Of a stretch of DNA of 64,000 bases, positions 41,353 to 51,711 are shown piece after piece. The DNA comes from an uncultured Clostridia bacterium (GTDB lineage: Bacteria > Bacillota > Clostridia > TANB77 > CAG-508): positions 23,050 through 87,049 of the forward strand of contig CAKPIG010000004.1 of assembly GCA_934162255.1 (NCBI GenBank), written 5' to 3'. Position 1 is the first letter of the stretch. The number at the start of each line of letters is the position of its first letter. The notes beneath the pieces were generated by a model. That model did no database searches. It was not told the DNA's origin and worked only from the letters and a program-made list of their open reading frames with translations. Position numbers and translations under genes: made by a program.

Positions 41353-43467
41353 ATGAGTAAGAAAATTGATATATATAAGAATCAAAAGAAAAAATTAAAT
41401 ATAGAAAACCCTAAAAAGGTAAGTGTTATAATTCCTAATTATAATTATGCTAATTATATTATAGAGAGAATAGATTCAATATTAATGCAAACTTACCCAA
41501 TATATGAATTAATAATATTAGACGATTGCTCTACAGATAATAGTGTACAAGTTATAAATGAAAAAATAAAAAAAATAAAAAATGAACATCCTGAAATAAA
41601 AGTAAAATTTATTGTTAATGAGAAAAATAGTGGGGGATGTGTATTTAAACAATGGAAAAAAGGATTTGATATTGCAACTGGAGATTATGTATGGATTGCA
41701 GAAGCAGATGATTCAGCAGAGAATGATTTTGTTGAAGAGTTAATAAAACCATTTGATGATCCAGAAATGGCATTATCATATTGTGAATCTGCTAAAATTG
41801 ATGGAGAAAATAACCTTATTCGCTCAAGATGCGATGATTGGTATGATATGTGTAGAACTGGTGAATGGAATAAATCTTATATTTGGACAGGAAAAGAAGA
41901 AATAATAAATCATTTAAGTGTAACAAATACTATATTAAATGTATCAAGTGTAATGTGGAAAAAACAAGATTATTCAGAGATATTTGAAAAAGCAGGGGAA
42001 TTTAGAGTAGCTGGAGATTGGTATATTTATTATAATGTATTAAGAAACGGAAAAATAAGTTGGAATACTAAAGCATTAAACTATTATAGAAAACATGGAA
42101 GTTCCGTATGTACTGACATAAAAGCAGAAATAGAATATGGAGAAATTTGCAGAATACAAGATGAAATATCAAGTTTATATGAATTGCCAGAAGAAATTAA
42201 GAAAAAACAGCAAATGAGAAGAGACTTAATGCAAGCATCATTACCACCAAAAGATAATGGAAAGAAAAAAATAGCTTGGGTAATACCACACCCCGGTAAA
42301 GGTTCAGGAGGGCATAGAACAATTATACAAAATGTAAATGCCTTAATAAGAGCAGGTTATGAATGTGATTTATTTTTTGAAGAAGATGGTGTTTCAACAT
42401 CTGAAATAGTAAGACAAAAAATAAATGACTGGTATGAACCATGTACTGCAGGAGTGTATGTGGGATTTGATATGAAAAAAGATTATGATTTGTTATTTGC
42501 TACAGGATGGCAGACTATAGAATTTGTAAGAAAATTATCAGCAAAGAAAAAAGCATATTTTATACAAGACTATGAGCCATGGTTTTTTCCAATGGGAGAC
42601 CAATATCTAATTACAGAAAATTCATATAGATATGGATTTTTACCTGTAACAATTGGAAAATGGTTATCTCATAAAATGAAAGCAGAATTTAACCAACCAG
42701 CAGAATATTTTCCATTTGGGGCTGATTTAAATACATATAAACCACTAAAAAATGTAAAAAAGGAAAATGCAGTATGCTATGTATATCAACCAGAAAAACC
42801 AAGAAGATGTGATTATATAGGATTAAAAGCATTAAAAATATTAAAAGCAATGAAGCCTGATATACAAATATATTTATATGGTTCAAATATACCAGCATCT
42901 TTTGAATTTGAATGCAAAAACTTAAATATAATTCCAATCAAGCAATGTAATGAATTATATAATAAGTGTAAAGTTGGATTATGTATGAGTGCATCAAATC
43001 CATCAAGAATACCATTTGAAATGATGGCAGCAGGACTACCAGTGGTAGAATTATATAAAGAAAACAATATATATGACTTACCAGATGAAGGTGTATTATT
43101 AGCACAACCAACACCAGAAGCAATAGCAAGTGCAATGTCATATATAATTGACAATCCAGATGTTGCAAAAAAAATGTCTGAGTTTGGCAAAGAATTTATG
43201 AAATCATACCCATTAGAAGAAGGATATAACTATTTCTTAAAAGCTGTAAAAGATATGTTAGAAACAGATTATAATAATTTACCAGAAATAGAAAAATTAT
43301 ATAAAAAAGAAGCTTTTTTAGCAAGTGAAGAAGCAATAAAAATTTCACAAGAATTAGCTCAAACACAGCCTATATATAAAGACGAACATGGAAAAATTTA
43401 CAGATTTTTAAGAAGAGGAAAAAGAAAAATAAAAAGTGTATTAGAAAAAATGGGGATAAAGAAGTAA
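41353..43467 (+). CDS. two-domain glycosyltransferase (N-terminal GT2 plus C-terminal GT4/GT1-like), WbdA-type polymerising enzyme candidate
   Basis: VSVIIPNYNYANYIIERIDSILMQTYPIYELIILDDCSTDNS (GT2) with the DxD-type AEADD. The C-terminal half has a GT-B-like E-x7-E region (FEMMAAGLPVVE). 704 aa. Confidence 0.8.
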   Translation: MSKKIDIYKNQKKKLNIENPKKVSVIIPNYNYANYIIERIDSILMQTYPIYELIILDDCSTDNSVQVINEKIKKIKNEHPEIKVKFIVNEKNSGGCVFKQWKKGFDIATGDYVWIAEADDSAENDFVEELIKPFDDPEMALSYCESAKIDGENNLIRSRCDDWYDMCRTGEWNKSYIWTGKEEIINHLSVTNTILNVSSVMWKKQDYSEIFEKAGEFRVAGDWYIYYNVLRNGKISWNTKALNYYRKHGSSVCTDIKAEIEYGEICRIQDEISSLYELPEEIKKKQQMRRDLMQASLPPKDNGKKKIAWVIPHPGKGSGGHRTIIQNVNALIRAGYECDLFFEEDGVSTSEIVRQKINDWYEPCTAGVYVGFDMKKDYDLLFATGWQTIEFVRKLSAKKKAYFIQDYEPWFFPMGDQYLITENSYRYGFLPVTIGKWLSHKMKAEFNQPAEYFPFGADLNTYKPLKNVKKENAVCYVYQPEKPRRCDYIGLKALKILKAMKPDIQIYLYGSNIPASFEFECKNLNIIPIKQCNELYNKCKVGLCMSASNPSRIPFEMMAAGLPVVELYKENNIYDLPDEGVLLAQPTPEAIASAMSYIIDNPDVAKKMSEFGKEFMKSYPLEEGYNYFLKAVKDMLETDYNNLPEIEKLYKKEAFLASEEAIKISQELAQTQPIYKDEHGKIYRFLRRGKRKIKSVLEKMGIKK

Positions 43468-43486
43468 TAAAGAAAGAGGATAAACA

Positions 43487-45181
43487 ATGGAATCTCTAAT
43501 AAGGAAGATGAAAAAGGTTTTAAAGGCAATAAACATTTCAAATATAAAGTCTGTATTAAGATATATAAAAAATAATGGATTTAATGGATTATATTCAACT
43601 TGTATTAATAAAATAAGATTTGGAAAAATCATTTTAGATGAATATGCAACTTGGATAGCAAACAATGAGCCAAGTAATGAAGAGCTAGAAAGGCAAAAAG
43701 AATATAAATCATGCCAAAATTTGAAGTTTGAAATTATATGTAATGATAATGAAAAGCTTATAAAAAGTATAGAAGAACAAACATATAAAAATTATCAAAT
43801 TTCTGTATTAGAAAAAGATAATATTCAAAATATTGTTGAAAAATCTAAGAGTGACTATATTGTACTTATAGGACAAGATATTGAATTAATGCCATTCACA
43901 TTATACGAACTTGTAAAATCAATTGAATATAGAGATAGTATATTAATATATTCAGATAATGATAAATTAATAAACGGCAAAAGGATAGAACCACATTTTA
44001 AACCTGGATTTGCTAGAGATACAATAGTTTCTCAAAATTATATTGAAGGTTTTATTGCAGTAAAAACTACATTTTTAAAAGTGCATAATGAAATTTTAGA
44101 AAATTTAAATAAAAATATAATATATGATATCGTATTACAAATTAGTGAAAAAACGAGAAAAATAGAACATATACAAAAAGTTCTATATCATAAGACTACA
44201 GAACAGATAAATATAGATACTAGTGATGAAAAAAATATAATAGAAAAACATTTGCAAAGAATGAATTTAGAATATGATAGCATACAAGATGGTATGTTTA
44301 AAGGACAGTATAAAATTAATTATAAAATACAAGGGAATCCCTTAATTTCACTAGTAATACCTAATATGGACCATGTGGACGATTTGGATAAATTACTAAA
44401 CTCTTTGAAAAAATCTACATATTCAAATTATGAGGTAATAATTGTAGAAAATAATAGTAAAAACAAAGAAACCTTTGAATATTATGAGAAAATAACAAAT
44501 GAAGATAAAAGAATAAAAGTAGTAAAATTTGAAATAAATTATTTTAATTATTCTGCAATCGTAAATTATGGAGTAGAATGTGCAAATGGCGAATATATAG
44601 TAATGTTAAATAATGACATAGAGTTTATAACTGCAGATTGGATGGAGCAAATGCTTATGTATGTTCAAAGACCAGATGTTGGAATATGTGGTGCAAAATT
44701 ATATTTCCCAGATAAAACAATACAACATGCAGGAGTAACAATAGGAACAAGAGGATTAGCAGGACATAGAAATAGAGAAATTTCTGAAAAAGACTTTAAA
44801 AAAGATGATTATATAAATATAGTGCAAGATCTAAGTGCTGTAACAGCGGCATGTTTTATGGTAAGAAAGCAATTATACATAGATATGTTAGGATTTGACG
44901 AAAAATTAGCAGTAGCATTTAATGATGTTGATTTTTGTTTAAAAGTTAGAACAGCAAAATATTTAATAGTATACAATCCATTTGTAGAGGCATATCATTA
45001 TGAATCTAAATCTAGAGGGGAAGACACAGAAAACGAAGAAAAGCAAAAAAGATTTGCAAAAGAATATGAACTATTTGTAAAAAGATGGGCTAAAGTAATT
45101 GCAAAAGGAGACCCTTATTATAATAAAAATTACAGATTAGATACCGATTTACCGAAGATTAATTATAATAAGATAAATTAA
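43487..45181 (+). CDS. glycosyltransferase with a C-terminal GT2 domain and an N-terminal accessory domain
   Basis: ISLVIPNMDHVDDLDKLLNSLKKSTYSNYEVIIVENNS and MLNNDIEF (DxD-like). 564 aa. Confidence 0.8.
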   Translation: MESLIRKMKKVLKAINISNIKSVLRYIKNNGFNGLYSTCINKIRFGKIILDEYATWIANNEPSNEELERQKEYKSCQNLKFEIICNDNEKLIKSIEEQTYKNYQISVLEKDNIQNIVEKSKSDYIVLIGQDIELMPFTLYELVKSIEYRDSILIYSDNDKLINGKRIEPHFKPGFARDTIVSQNYIEGFIAVKTTFLKVHNEILENLNKNIIYDIVLQISEKTRKIEHIQKVLYHKTTEQINIDTSDEKNIIEKHLQRMNLEYDSIQDGMFKGQYKINYKIQGNPLISLVIPNMDHVDDLDKLLNSLKKSTYSNYEVIIVENNSKNKETFEYYEKITNEDKRIKVVKFEINYFNYSAIVNYGVECANGEYIVMLNNDIEFITADWMEQMLMYVQRPDVGICGAKLYFPDKTIQHAGVTIGTRGLAGHRNREISEKDFKKDDYINIVQDLSAVTAACFMVRKQLYIDMLGFDEKLAVAFNDVDFCLKVRTAKYLIVYNPFVEAYHYESKSRGEDTENEEKQKRFAKEYELFVKRWAKVIAKGDPYYNKNYRLDTDLPKINYNKIN

Positions 45182-45207
45182 AATAAAAGGAGAATTTTTA
45201 TTAAACA

Positions 45208-46788
45208 ATGGAACAAAAATCAAATGAGATGATAGAAATAAAAAGCATAGCAAAAAAAATAAAGGATATATATAATAAAATAAAATATCCAGTTGAATTT
45301 ATAATTATTCTTATATTCTTTATATGTGTATATAATTTGATTACAACAAAGGCATATGAAGGATATTGGTCAAAAAAAATATTGATACAAACAATAGTAC
45401 CAACAATTTTAGCATTTGCATCATTAATATATAATTGTATACAAGACAAACACAAAATAGAGAATATGTTCTTAAATTTTGCTATACCTGTTGGGATATC
45501 ATTTATAGTATTTATGATACCAACTTACACACCAGATGCAAGCTCACATTTATGGAGAGCCTATGAAATTTCTGAAGGCACATTAATAACAAAAATAGAT
45601 GAAAATGGAGAGGCAAAAACGACAGTACCAGAAATAATGTCAATAAATAGAGAAACAGTATTAACAAAATATAATGTTTTAAATGAATTGTTAGACTCTG
45701 AAGAAGCTAAAGACTATAATAAAACAACACAAGTTGACTCACCATCAAAAGGATATGCTTTTGTATTTTTTATAGGATATGCAATAGGATTATTTGCAGC
45801 AAGACTACTATCTTTAAATATATTTGTAGGATTATTGTTAGCAAGGTTGGTAAACTTTATAATTGTTTTAATATTAGGATATTATGCAATAAAAAAGATT
45901 CCATTTGGAAAAATATTATTAACAACATATCTTATGATACCTATGATGATGCAACAAGCAACAGCTTTTTCTGCAGATAGTTTAATGAATGCAACAATTA
46001 TTTTATTTATTTCATATGCATTATATTTAGCATTTAAGAAAGAAGAGATATTAAAATATGAAAAAATTATATTTTTAATATTATCTGCATTTGTAGGATT
46101 GTCTAAAATTACATATCTTCCTTTAATAGGAATAGCATTAATAATTCCAAAACACAAAAAAGAAATGCCCAAAAAAGAAATAATAATTTTGGCAGTATTA
46201 ACACTAGTTATTTGTTGTGGAAGCATGTTAGTGTTAAATATATGTACTAGAGGATATACAAATGAAAGTGCTGAGAAATATTTAGAAAGTGCCGGAGTAA
46301 ATTCAAGCGAACAATTATCAGGAATAATATCCAATCCATTAAATTACTTAAAAGTATTAGATAATGATTTTAAAGTAAATGGAGAATTTTATACATTTAA
46401 TTTTATTGGACAATATATGGGATGGCTATCTATAACAGTACCAGTAGGCTATATAATTTTATATATAATAATATTATTAGCATCAATATTTATAGAGAAT
46501 AATAAACAGGTATTAGACTGGAAAGAAAAAACTTGGATGGTAGTATTGGCATTAGGAATGGATATATTAGTTGTAACTGGTTTATATTTGGAATGGACAG
46601 GAGTTGGAAAAATGTCGGTTGCAGGTGTGCAGGGAAGATATTTTTTACCAACGACAATATTATTACTATTAAGTATATGCAAAAAAGAAAATTATGTTAA
46701 AATAAAATGCCCTAATGTCGTTGTACCAGCAGTTTCACTATGTGTAAATATGATGTTTATAAATAAAGTTATATTATTCTTTATATAG
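45208..46788 (+). CDS. polytopic integral membrane protein, GT-C-like (ArnT/PMT/YfhO-type) putative extracytoplasmic glycosyltransferase or polymerase
   Basis: 526 aa with about 12 predicted TM helices and large extracytoplasmic loops. It is adjacent to the GT2 plus DUF2304 pair. Confidence 0.6.
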   Translation: MEQKSNEMIEIKSIAKKIKDIYNKIKYPVEFIIILIFFICVYNLITTKAYEGYWSKKILIQTIVPTILAFASLIYNCIQDKHKIENMFLNFAIPVGISFIVFMIPTYTPDASSHLWRAYEISEGTLITKIDENGEAKTTVPEIMSINRETVLTKYNVLNELLDSEEAKDYNKTTQVDSPSKGYAFVFFIGYAIGLFAARLLSLNIFVGLLLARLVNFIIVLILGYYAIKKIPFGKILLTTYLMIPMMMQQATAFSADSLMNATIILFISYALYLAFKKEEILKYEKIIFLILSAFVGLSKITYLPLIGIALIIPKHKKEMPKKEIIILAVLTLVICCGSMLVLNICTRGYTNESAEKYLESAGVNSSEQLSGIISNPLNYLKVLDNDFKVNGEFYTFNFIGQYMGWLSITVPVGYIILYIIILLASIFIENNKQVLDWKEKTWMVVLALGMDILVVTGLYLEWTGVGKMSVAGVQGRYFLPTTILLLLSICKKENYVKIKCPNVVVPAVSLCVNMMFINKVILFFI

Positions 46789-46811
46789 GGAAAAAATAAA
46801 AATAGGAGAAA

Positions 46812-47531
46812 ATGATGAAAATATTATTAATATTACCAGCTTATAATGAACAAGAGAATATATTGCAAACAGTAAATAAAATAAAAGAGTATAGCAATGA
46901 ATTAGAGTATATTGTTATAAATGATGGTTCGACCGATAATACAGAACAAATATTAGCACAAAACAATATAAATCATATAAAATTAGTAAACAATTTAGGG
47001 ATAGGAGGAGCTGTACAAACAGGCTATAAATATGCCTATGAAAATAATTATGATATTGCAATTCAATTTGATGGAGATGGACAGCATGATGTAACATTTG
47101 TGCCTAAAATATGTCAGCCATTAATAGATGGACAAGCAGATATGTGTATAGGAACAAGATATTTAGATAAGTCATCAAGTGAATTTCAATCAACATTTAT
47201 GAGAAGACTTGGAGCAAATATAATTTCAGTATTCATAAAATTAATGACTAGAACAAAAATAACAGACCCAACGTCAGGTTTTAGAGCTGCAAATAAGAAA
47301 GTAATTGAAGAATTTGCACAAAACTATCCTACAGAATATCCAGAGCCAGAATCAACAGTATCTTTACTTGTAAATGGTTATAAAGTAAAAGAAGAACCTG
47401 TAAGCATGAATGAAAGAAAAGGTGGAGTATCTTCTATAAGATTGTGGAAGACAATAGATTATATGGTAAAAGTAGTATTATCAATTATTATAGATAGTAT
47501 TAGTTTTAGAAGAAAAAGGAGGAAAAAATAG
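46812..47531 (+). CDS. polyprenol-phosphate glycosyltransferase (GT2, DPM1/GtrB-like) lacking the C-terminal TM region
   Basis: ILLILPAYNEQENILQTVNKIKEYSNELEYIVINDGSTDNT and FDGDGQHD (DxD). Confidence 0.85.
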   Translation: MMKILLILPAYNEQENILQTVNKIKEYSNELEYIVINDGSTDNTEQILAQNNINHIKLVNNLGIGGAVQTGYKYAYENNYDIAIQFDGDGQHDVTFVPKICQPLIDGQADMCIGTRYLDKSSSEFQSTFMRRLGANIISVFIKLMTRTKITDPTSGFRAANKKVIEEFAQNYPTEYPEPESTVSLLVNGYKVKEEPVSMNERKGGVSSIRLWKTIDYMVKVVLSIIIDSISFRRKRRKK

Positions 47532-47899
47532 TGCAAATATCATTAAAAATAGCATTGGTTGTAATATTATTAATATATTTATTTTGTATTACAAAGTCAG
47601 TAAAAAGAAAAAATATGAGAATAGGATATTTAATATTTTGGATTATTATTGGAATTGTTTTGATGATTGCATTACTAATTCCTAATTTAGTCGAAACTTG
47701 TTCTTCTTTGCTTGGATTTGAAATGCCAATAAACATGATTTTTAGTATAGCAATATTTATAATATTATATCTGATTTATAATTTAACTATATTAATTTCT
47801 AAAGAAGAAAATAAAAACACATTATTAATACAAGAAATATCAATTCTTAAGAAAAGAGTAGAAGAATTAGAAAAGAGTTGTGGAGAAAATGGAAAATAG
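47531..47899 (+). CDS. DUF2304-like small membrane protein partnering the DPM1-like GT2
   Basis: GTG start after the AAGGAGGA RBS. 122 aa with 3-4 TM helices and a C-terminal amphipathic helix. Typically encoded directly after GtrB-like GT2 genes. Confidence 0.65.
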   Translation: MQISLKIALVVILLIYLFCITKSVKRKNMRIGYLIFWIIIGIVLMIALLIPNLVETCSSLLGFEMPINMIFSIAIFIILYLIYNLTILISKEENKNTLLIQEISILKKRVEELEKSCGENGK

Positions 47900-48932
47900 T
47901 AAAATAAAACTTTCAATAGTTGTAGCTGTATATAATTTAGAAGAATATTTGCCAAGATGTTTAGAGGCATTAACAAACCAAACACTCAAAGAAATAGAAA
48001 TTCTATGTGTAGATGATGGTTCAAAAGATTCAGCACCACAAATAATAGATGAATATGCACAAAAATATCCAGATAAAGTAAAAGCATTTCATAAAGAAAA
48101 TGGTGGAGAATTTACATCAAGGAATTATGGATTGGAAAGAGCAAGAGGAGAATATGTAACATTTGTGGACACAGATGATTATGTTGAAAATAATTGGGCA
48201 GAAAAGTTATATAATGCTGCCAAACAAAGTGATGCTGATTTAGCTGTATGCGGTTTTGAGAGAATAGATTTAAAAACTAACAAAGTTGTAGCCACTAATA
48301 TGACTAATTTTGGAAATATAGTAAAAGAAATAAAAAATGATGATGATTTTGTTTTATTTATAAATCCAGCACCATGGAATAAAGTATACAAAAGAGAAAA
48401 AATAAAAGATTTAAGATTTTTACCATTTAGAGGATTTAATGATACAATGTTTTTGGCAAGTTGTTTTACAAAAATGAATAAAATAGCATTTATTCCAGAT
48501 GTGTTGTACCATTATTACTTAAGATATGATTCACAAATACATACAGTAAATGAACAGGACGTAGAAAATTTGAAAAAATATCTTTTAGAAGTTAAACAAC
48601 TATATATAAATACAAATAAATATGAAGAAATGAAATATATTTTAGATACTTTTGCTTTTTTACATTTAGGAACATCAGTAATGTATAGAGTATCATATGA
48701 TAAAAATGTAAATATGAAAAAGATGTTAAAAGAAACAATAAAATATCTAGATAAGAATTTTAATAATTGGAGGAAATCACCATTTTTAAAATTAGGGTAC
48801 TCATTAAAAAAAGGTGTAAAACATGTAGCTTTTTGGGGAGTTGCATTGTTTTATAAATTAGGGCTACCAATGGTATATATTAAAATATATAGATTTTTAG
48901 TAGATAAATTGAAATTAGATATTAAATTCTAG
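47889..48932 (+). CDS. family 2 glycosyltransferase
   Basis: KLSIVVAVYNLEEYLPRCLEALTNQTLKEIEILCVDDGSKDS and FVDTDD (DxD). Confidence 0.85.
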   Translation: MENSKIKLSIVVAVYNLEEYLPRCLEALTNQTLKEIEILCVDDGSKDSAPQIIDEYAQKYPDKVKAFHKENGGEFTSRNYGLERARGEYVTFVDTDDYVENNWAEKLYNAAKQSDADLAVCGFERIDLKTNKVVATNMTNFGNIVKEIKNDDDFVLFINPAPWNKVYKREKIKDLRFLPFRGFNDTMFLASCFTKMNKIAFIPDVLYHYYLRYDSQIHTVNEQDVENLKKYLLEVKQLYINTNKYEEMKYILDTFAFLHLGTSVMYRVSYDKNVNMKKMLKETIKYLDKNFNNWRKSPFLKLGYSLKKGVKHVAFWGVALFYKLGLPMVYIKIYRFLVDKLKLDIKF

Positions 48933-48945
48933 AAAGGGCTAAGAA

Positions 48946-49392
48946 ATGGATAAGATAAAAACTATATATCTAAAATATAAAGAGATAATAAATTATTTAA
49001 TATTTGGAGTATTAGCAACAATAATATCATTAGTGACATATTATGTTTGTGTTTATACAATTTTAAACCCTGAAAATGCAGTACAATTACAAATTGCTAA
49101 TATGATTTCATGGATTGCAAGTGTAATATTTGCATATTTTACTAATAGAAAGTTTGTATTTGAAAGCAAAGAAAAAAATAAATTAAAAGAGGCAAGCAAA
49201 TTTGTAACAGCAAGAATAGTAACACTATTAATAGATATGTTGGTAATGTTTTTAGGAGTAACAATATTAAAACTTAATGATAAATTTATAAAAGTAATAT
49301 CACAAATAGTAGTTATTGTGTCAAATTATTTATTGAGTAAGATAATTGTATTCAATGGGAGAGAAAATGGAAAAAGAAAACGTACAATTTAG
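48946..49392 (+). CDS. GtrA family membrane protein (lipid-linked sugar translocase component)
   Basis: 148 aa with 4 TM helices. GtrA-like N-terminal YLIFGVLATIISL. Confidence 0.8.
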   Translation: MDKIKTIYLKYKEIINYLIFGVLATIISLVTYYVCVYTILNPENAVQLQIANMISWIASVIFAYFTNRKFVFESKEKNKLKEASKFVTARIVTLLIDMLVMFLGVTILKLNDKFIKVISQIVVIVSNYLLSKIIVFNGRENGKRKRTI

Positions 49393-50638
49393 AAAAAATT
49401 TTATATGGAATATAATAGGAACAGGATTTAGTGCATTCAATTCTTTATTTTTTATGATAGTAGTAACAAGAATAAATGGAGTTAATGAAGCAGGAATATT
49501 TACACTTGCATTTTCAACAGCATGTATATTATATATGATAGGTATATATGCTGGTAGAGTATATCAAGTAACAGAAAATGATTCAGAAATAAGTAATAAA
49601 GATTATATTATAAATAGATTTATAACATGTGGTTTAACTTTAATATTGGTAATTACATTTACTTTAATTAGACAATATGACATATACAAATCTAGTATAT
49701 TTATAATTCTAGCTATTTATAAGTCGCTGGAAGCTTTTAGTGAAGTATTGTATGGAATCTTACAAAAAAATAATATGTTAGAAAAAGTAGGAAAATCGGC
49801 TTTTTTTAAAGCAATAATTGGAATTATTATTTTTGTAGTGATAGATATTATAACCAAAAAAATGTTAATTTCATGTATTTCATTAGTAGTAGTTAATTTA
49901 ATTATAATACTATTTTATGATACTTTTAATATCAAACAATTTATAAGTAAAGATGAAACTATAAATAAAAAAAGTATTTTAAGAATATTTAGAAATGGCT
50001 TTTTTACATTTGCAATAGCTTTTTTAGGAGTTTATTTAACAAATGCTCAAAAGTATGCTATTGATAATTTTCTAACAGAAAATATACAAGCAATATTTGG
50101 AATAATAATAATGCCAGCAACAGTTATGGGATTACTAGCCCAATTTATAATACATCCATTTTTAAACCAATTATTTAATAACTACAATAATAAAGAATAT
50201 GAAGAAATTAAAAAAATGATATTTAAAATAATGATATTTGTGATAGGAGTAGGAGGAATATGTTGTATTTTAGGATATTTATTAGGAACACCAGTATTAG
50301 GACTTTTATACAATATAGATTTACACGAATATAAATTAGCTTTATTAATAATATTAATGGGAGCAACATTATATACAATTGCTAATATAATATCATCAAT
50401 TTTAGTAACAATGAGATATACATTTATACAGTTTATATTAAGTTTAATAGTAGTTTTAATAGAATATATAATATCTAGTTTGCTAGTACAAAAATTTGAA
50501 ATTATGGGAGCTACATATGCTTATTTAATAACAATGATAGTATATTGCATTACATATGTTATTATGGTATTTTTATTAATAAATAAAAAAATAAAAGAAG
50601 GAGAAAACAAAAATGAACATATTGTACACTCTAAATGA
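49364..50638 (+). CDS. MOP-superfamily polysaccharide flippase (Wzx-like)
   Basis: About 424 aa with 12-14 TM helices. The start is at 49364 after GGGAGAGAAA. Confidence 0.75.
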   Translation, partial: KMEKENVQFRKNFIWNIIGTGFSAFNSLFFMIVVTRINGVNEAGIFTLAFSTACILYMIGIYAGRVYQVTENDSEISNKDYIINRFITCGLTLILVITFTLIRQYDIYKSSIFIILAIYKSLEAFSEVLYGILQKNNMLEKVGKSAFFKAIIGIIIFVVIDIITKKMLISCISLVVVNLIIILFYDTFNIKQFISKDETINKKSILRIFRNGFFTFAIAFLGVYLTNAQKYAIDNFLTENIQAIFGIIIMPATVMGLLAQFIIHPFLNQLFNNYNNKEYEEIKKMIFKIMIFVIGVGGICCILGYLLGTPVLGLLYNIDLHEYKLALLIILMGATLYTIANIISSILVTMRYTFIQFILSLIVVLIEYIISSLLVQKFEIMGATYAYLITMIVYCITYVIMVFLLINKKIKEGENKNEHIVHSK

Positions 50639-51605
50639 TAAATTTGTGCCACAAGTTGCAGCTGGTATTTGTTCTATATGTGAGAATAATAAAAATGCTG
50701 ATGAAATAGTATTTTATTTAATTTCAGATGGGATCACTCCAGAAAATAAAGATAAACTAAATAAATTTGTCGAAAAATATAACAGAAAATTAGTTATAAA
50801 AGAATTAGGAAAGATAAATGATTATATAGATTTTGAATTTGATACTACAGGATGGAATTCTATTGTTTTAGCAAGACTAATATTAGATAAGTTTTTGCCA
50901 GAAGAGGTTGAAAAAGTTTTATACATTGATGGTGATACAATAGTAAGAGGAAATATAGAAGAACTATGGAATACAGACTTAAGTAAGAATGTTATTGCAG
51001 CTAGCATTGAACCAACTGTTGATAGGACAAGAAAGAAAAATTTAGGATTAGAAAAAGAGCCATACTATAATGCAGGAGTATTATTAATTAATTTGAGTTT
51101 ATGGAGAAAAGAAGATACAGGAAAAAAGATTTTGGACTATTATAAAGCTAATAATGGAAAATTATTTGCTAATGACCAAGATGCAATAAATGGAGCATTG
51201 GCAGGGAAGATTTTTACTTTATCATGTACATATAATTTTTATAATATATTTTATCAATATAATTATAAATTTTTACAAAAATTGATGAAGCCAGTAGAAT
51301 ATATTCCACAAAATATATACGACGAAGCAGTAAAAAATCCTAAAATAATTCATTACTTAGGAGAAGAGAGACCATGGAGAATTGGAAATCATCATAAATA
51401 TAGAGATGACTATATTAAATACTTAAATATGACACCTTGGGCTGGTATGAATATGGAAAATGGATGGAAAATGTATTTTGTTTGTTGGAATATATTTAAT
51501 GTAATAACAAAACCATTTCCAAATTTAAGATATAATATAATAAATTCATTAATACCTGTATTTATGAAAAAACGTGCAAAAGACATAAAAAAAACCAAGA
51601 CATAA
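50613..51605 (+). CDS. family 8 glycosyltransferase (LPS glucosyl/galactosyltransferase-like, GspA-like)
   Basis: YIDGDTIV (DxD), NAGVLLINL and DQDAINGAL are typical GT8 motifs. Confidence 0.85.
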   Translation: MNILYTLNDKFVPQVAAGICSICENNKNADEIVFYLISDGITPENKDKLNKFVEKYNRKLVIKELGKINDYIDFEFDTTGWNSIVLARLILDKFLPEEVEKVLYIDGDTIVRGNIEELWNTDLSKNVIAASIEPTVDRTRKKNLGLEKEPYYNAGVLLINLSLWRKEDTGKKILDYYKANNGKLFANDQDAINGALAGKIFTLSCTYNFYNIFYQYNYKFLQKLMKPVEYIPQNIYDEAVKNPKIIHYLGEERPWRIGNHHKYRDDYIKYLNMTPWAGMNMENGWKMYFVCWNIFNVITKPFPNLRYNIINSLIPVFMKKRAKDIKKTKT

Positions 51606-51622
51606 GTGTCTTGGCTTTTTTT
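51595..51622 (+). terminator. rho-independent terminator ending the glycosyltransferase operon
   Basis: CCAAGACA taagt GTCTTGG then CTTTTTTT. Confidence 0.8.
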
Positions 51623-51631
51623 GAATTTCTA

Positions 51632-51660
51632 TTGAAATTATCGGCTTTTAATGGTACAAT
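51632..51660 (+). promoter_or_regulatory. sigmaA-type promoter of galE (TTGAAA, 17 nt, TACAAT)
   Basis: TTGAAA at 51632-51637, a 17-nt spacer, TACAAT at 51655-51660. Confidence 0.6.
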
Positions 51661-51711
51661 ACAAATGTTAAAATCTATAATAGAAAATGTAAAAAGAAAG
51701 AAGGAAAAGAT

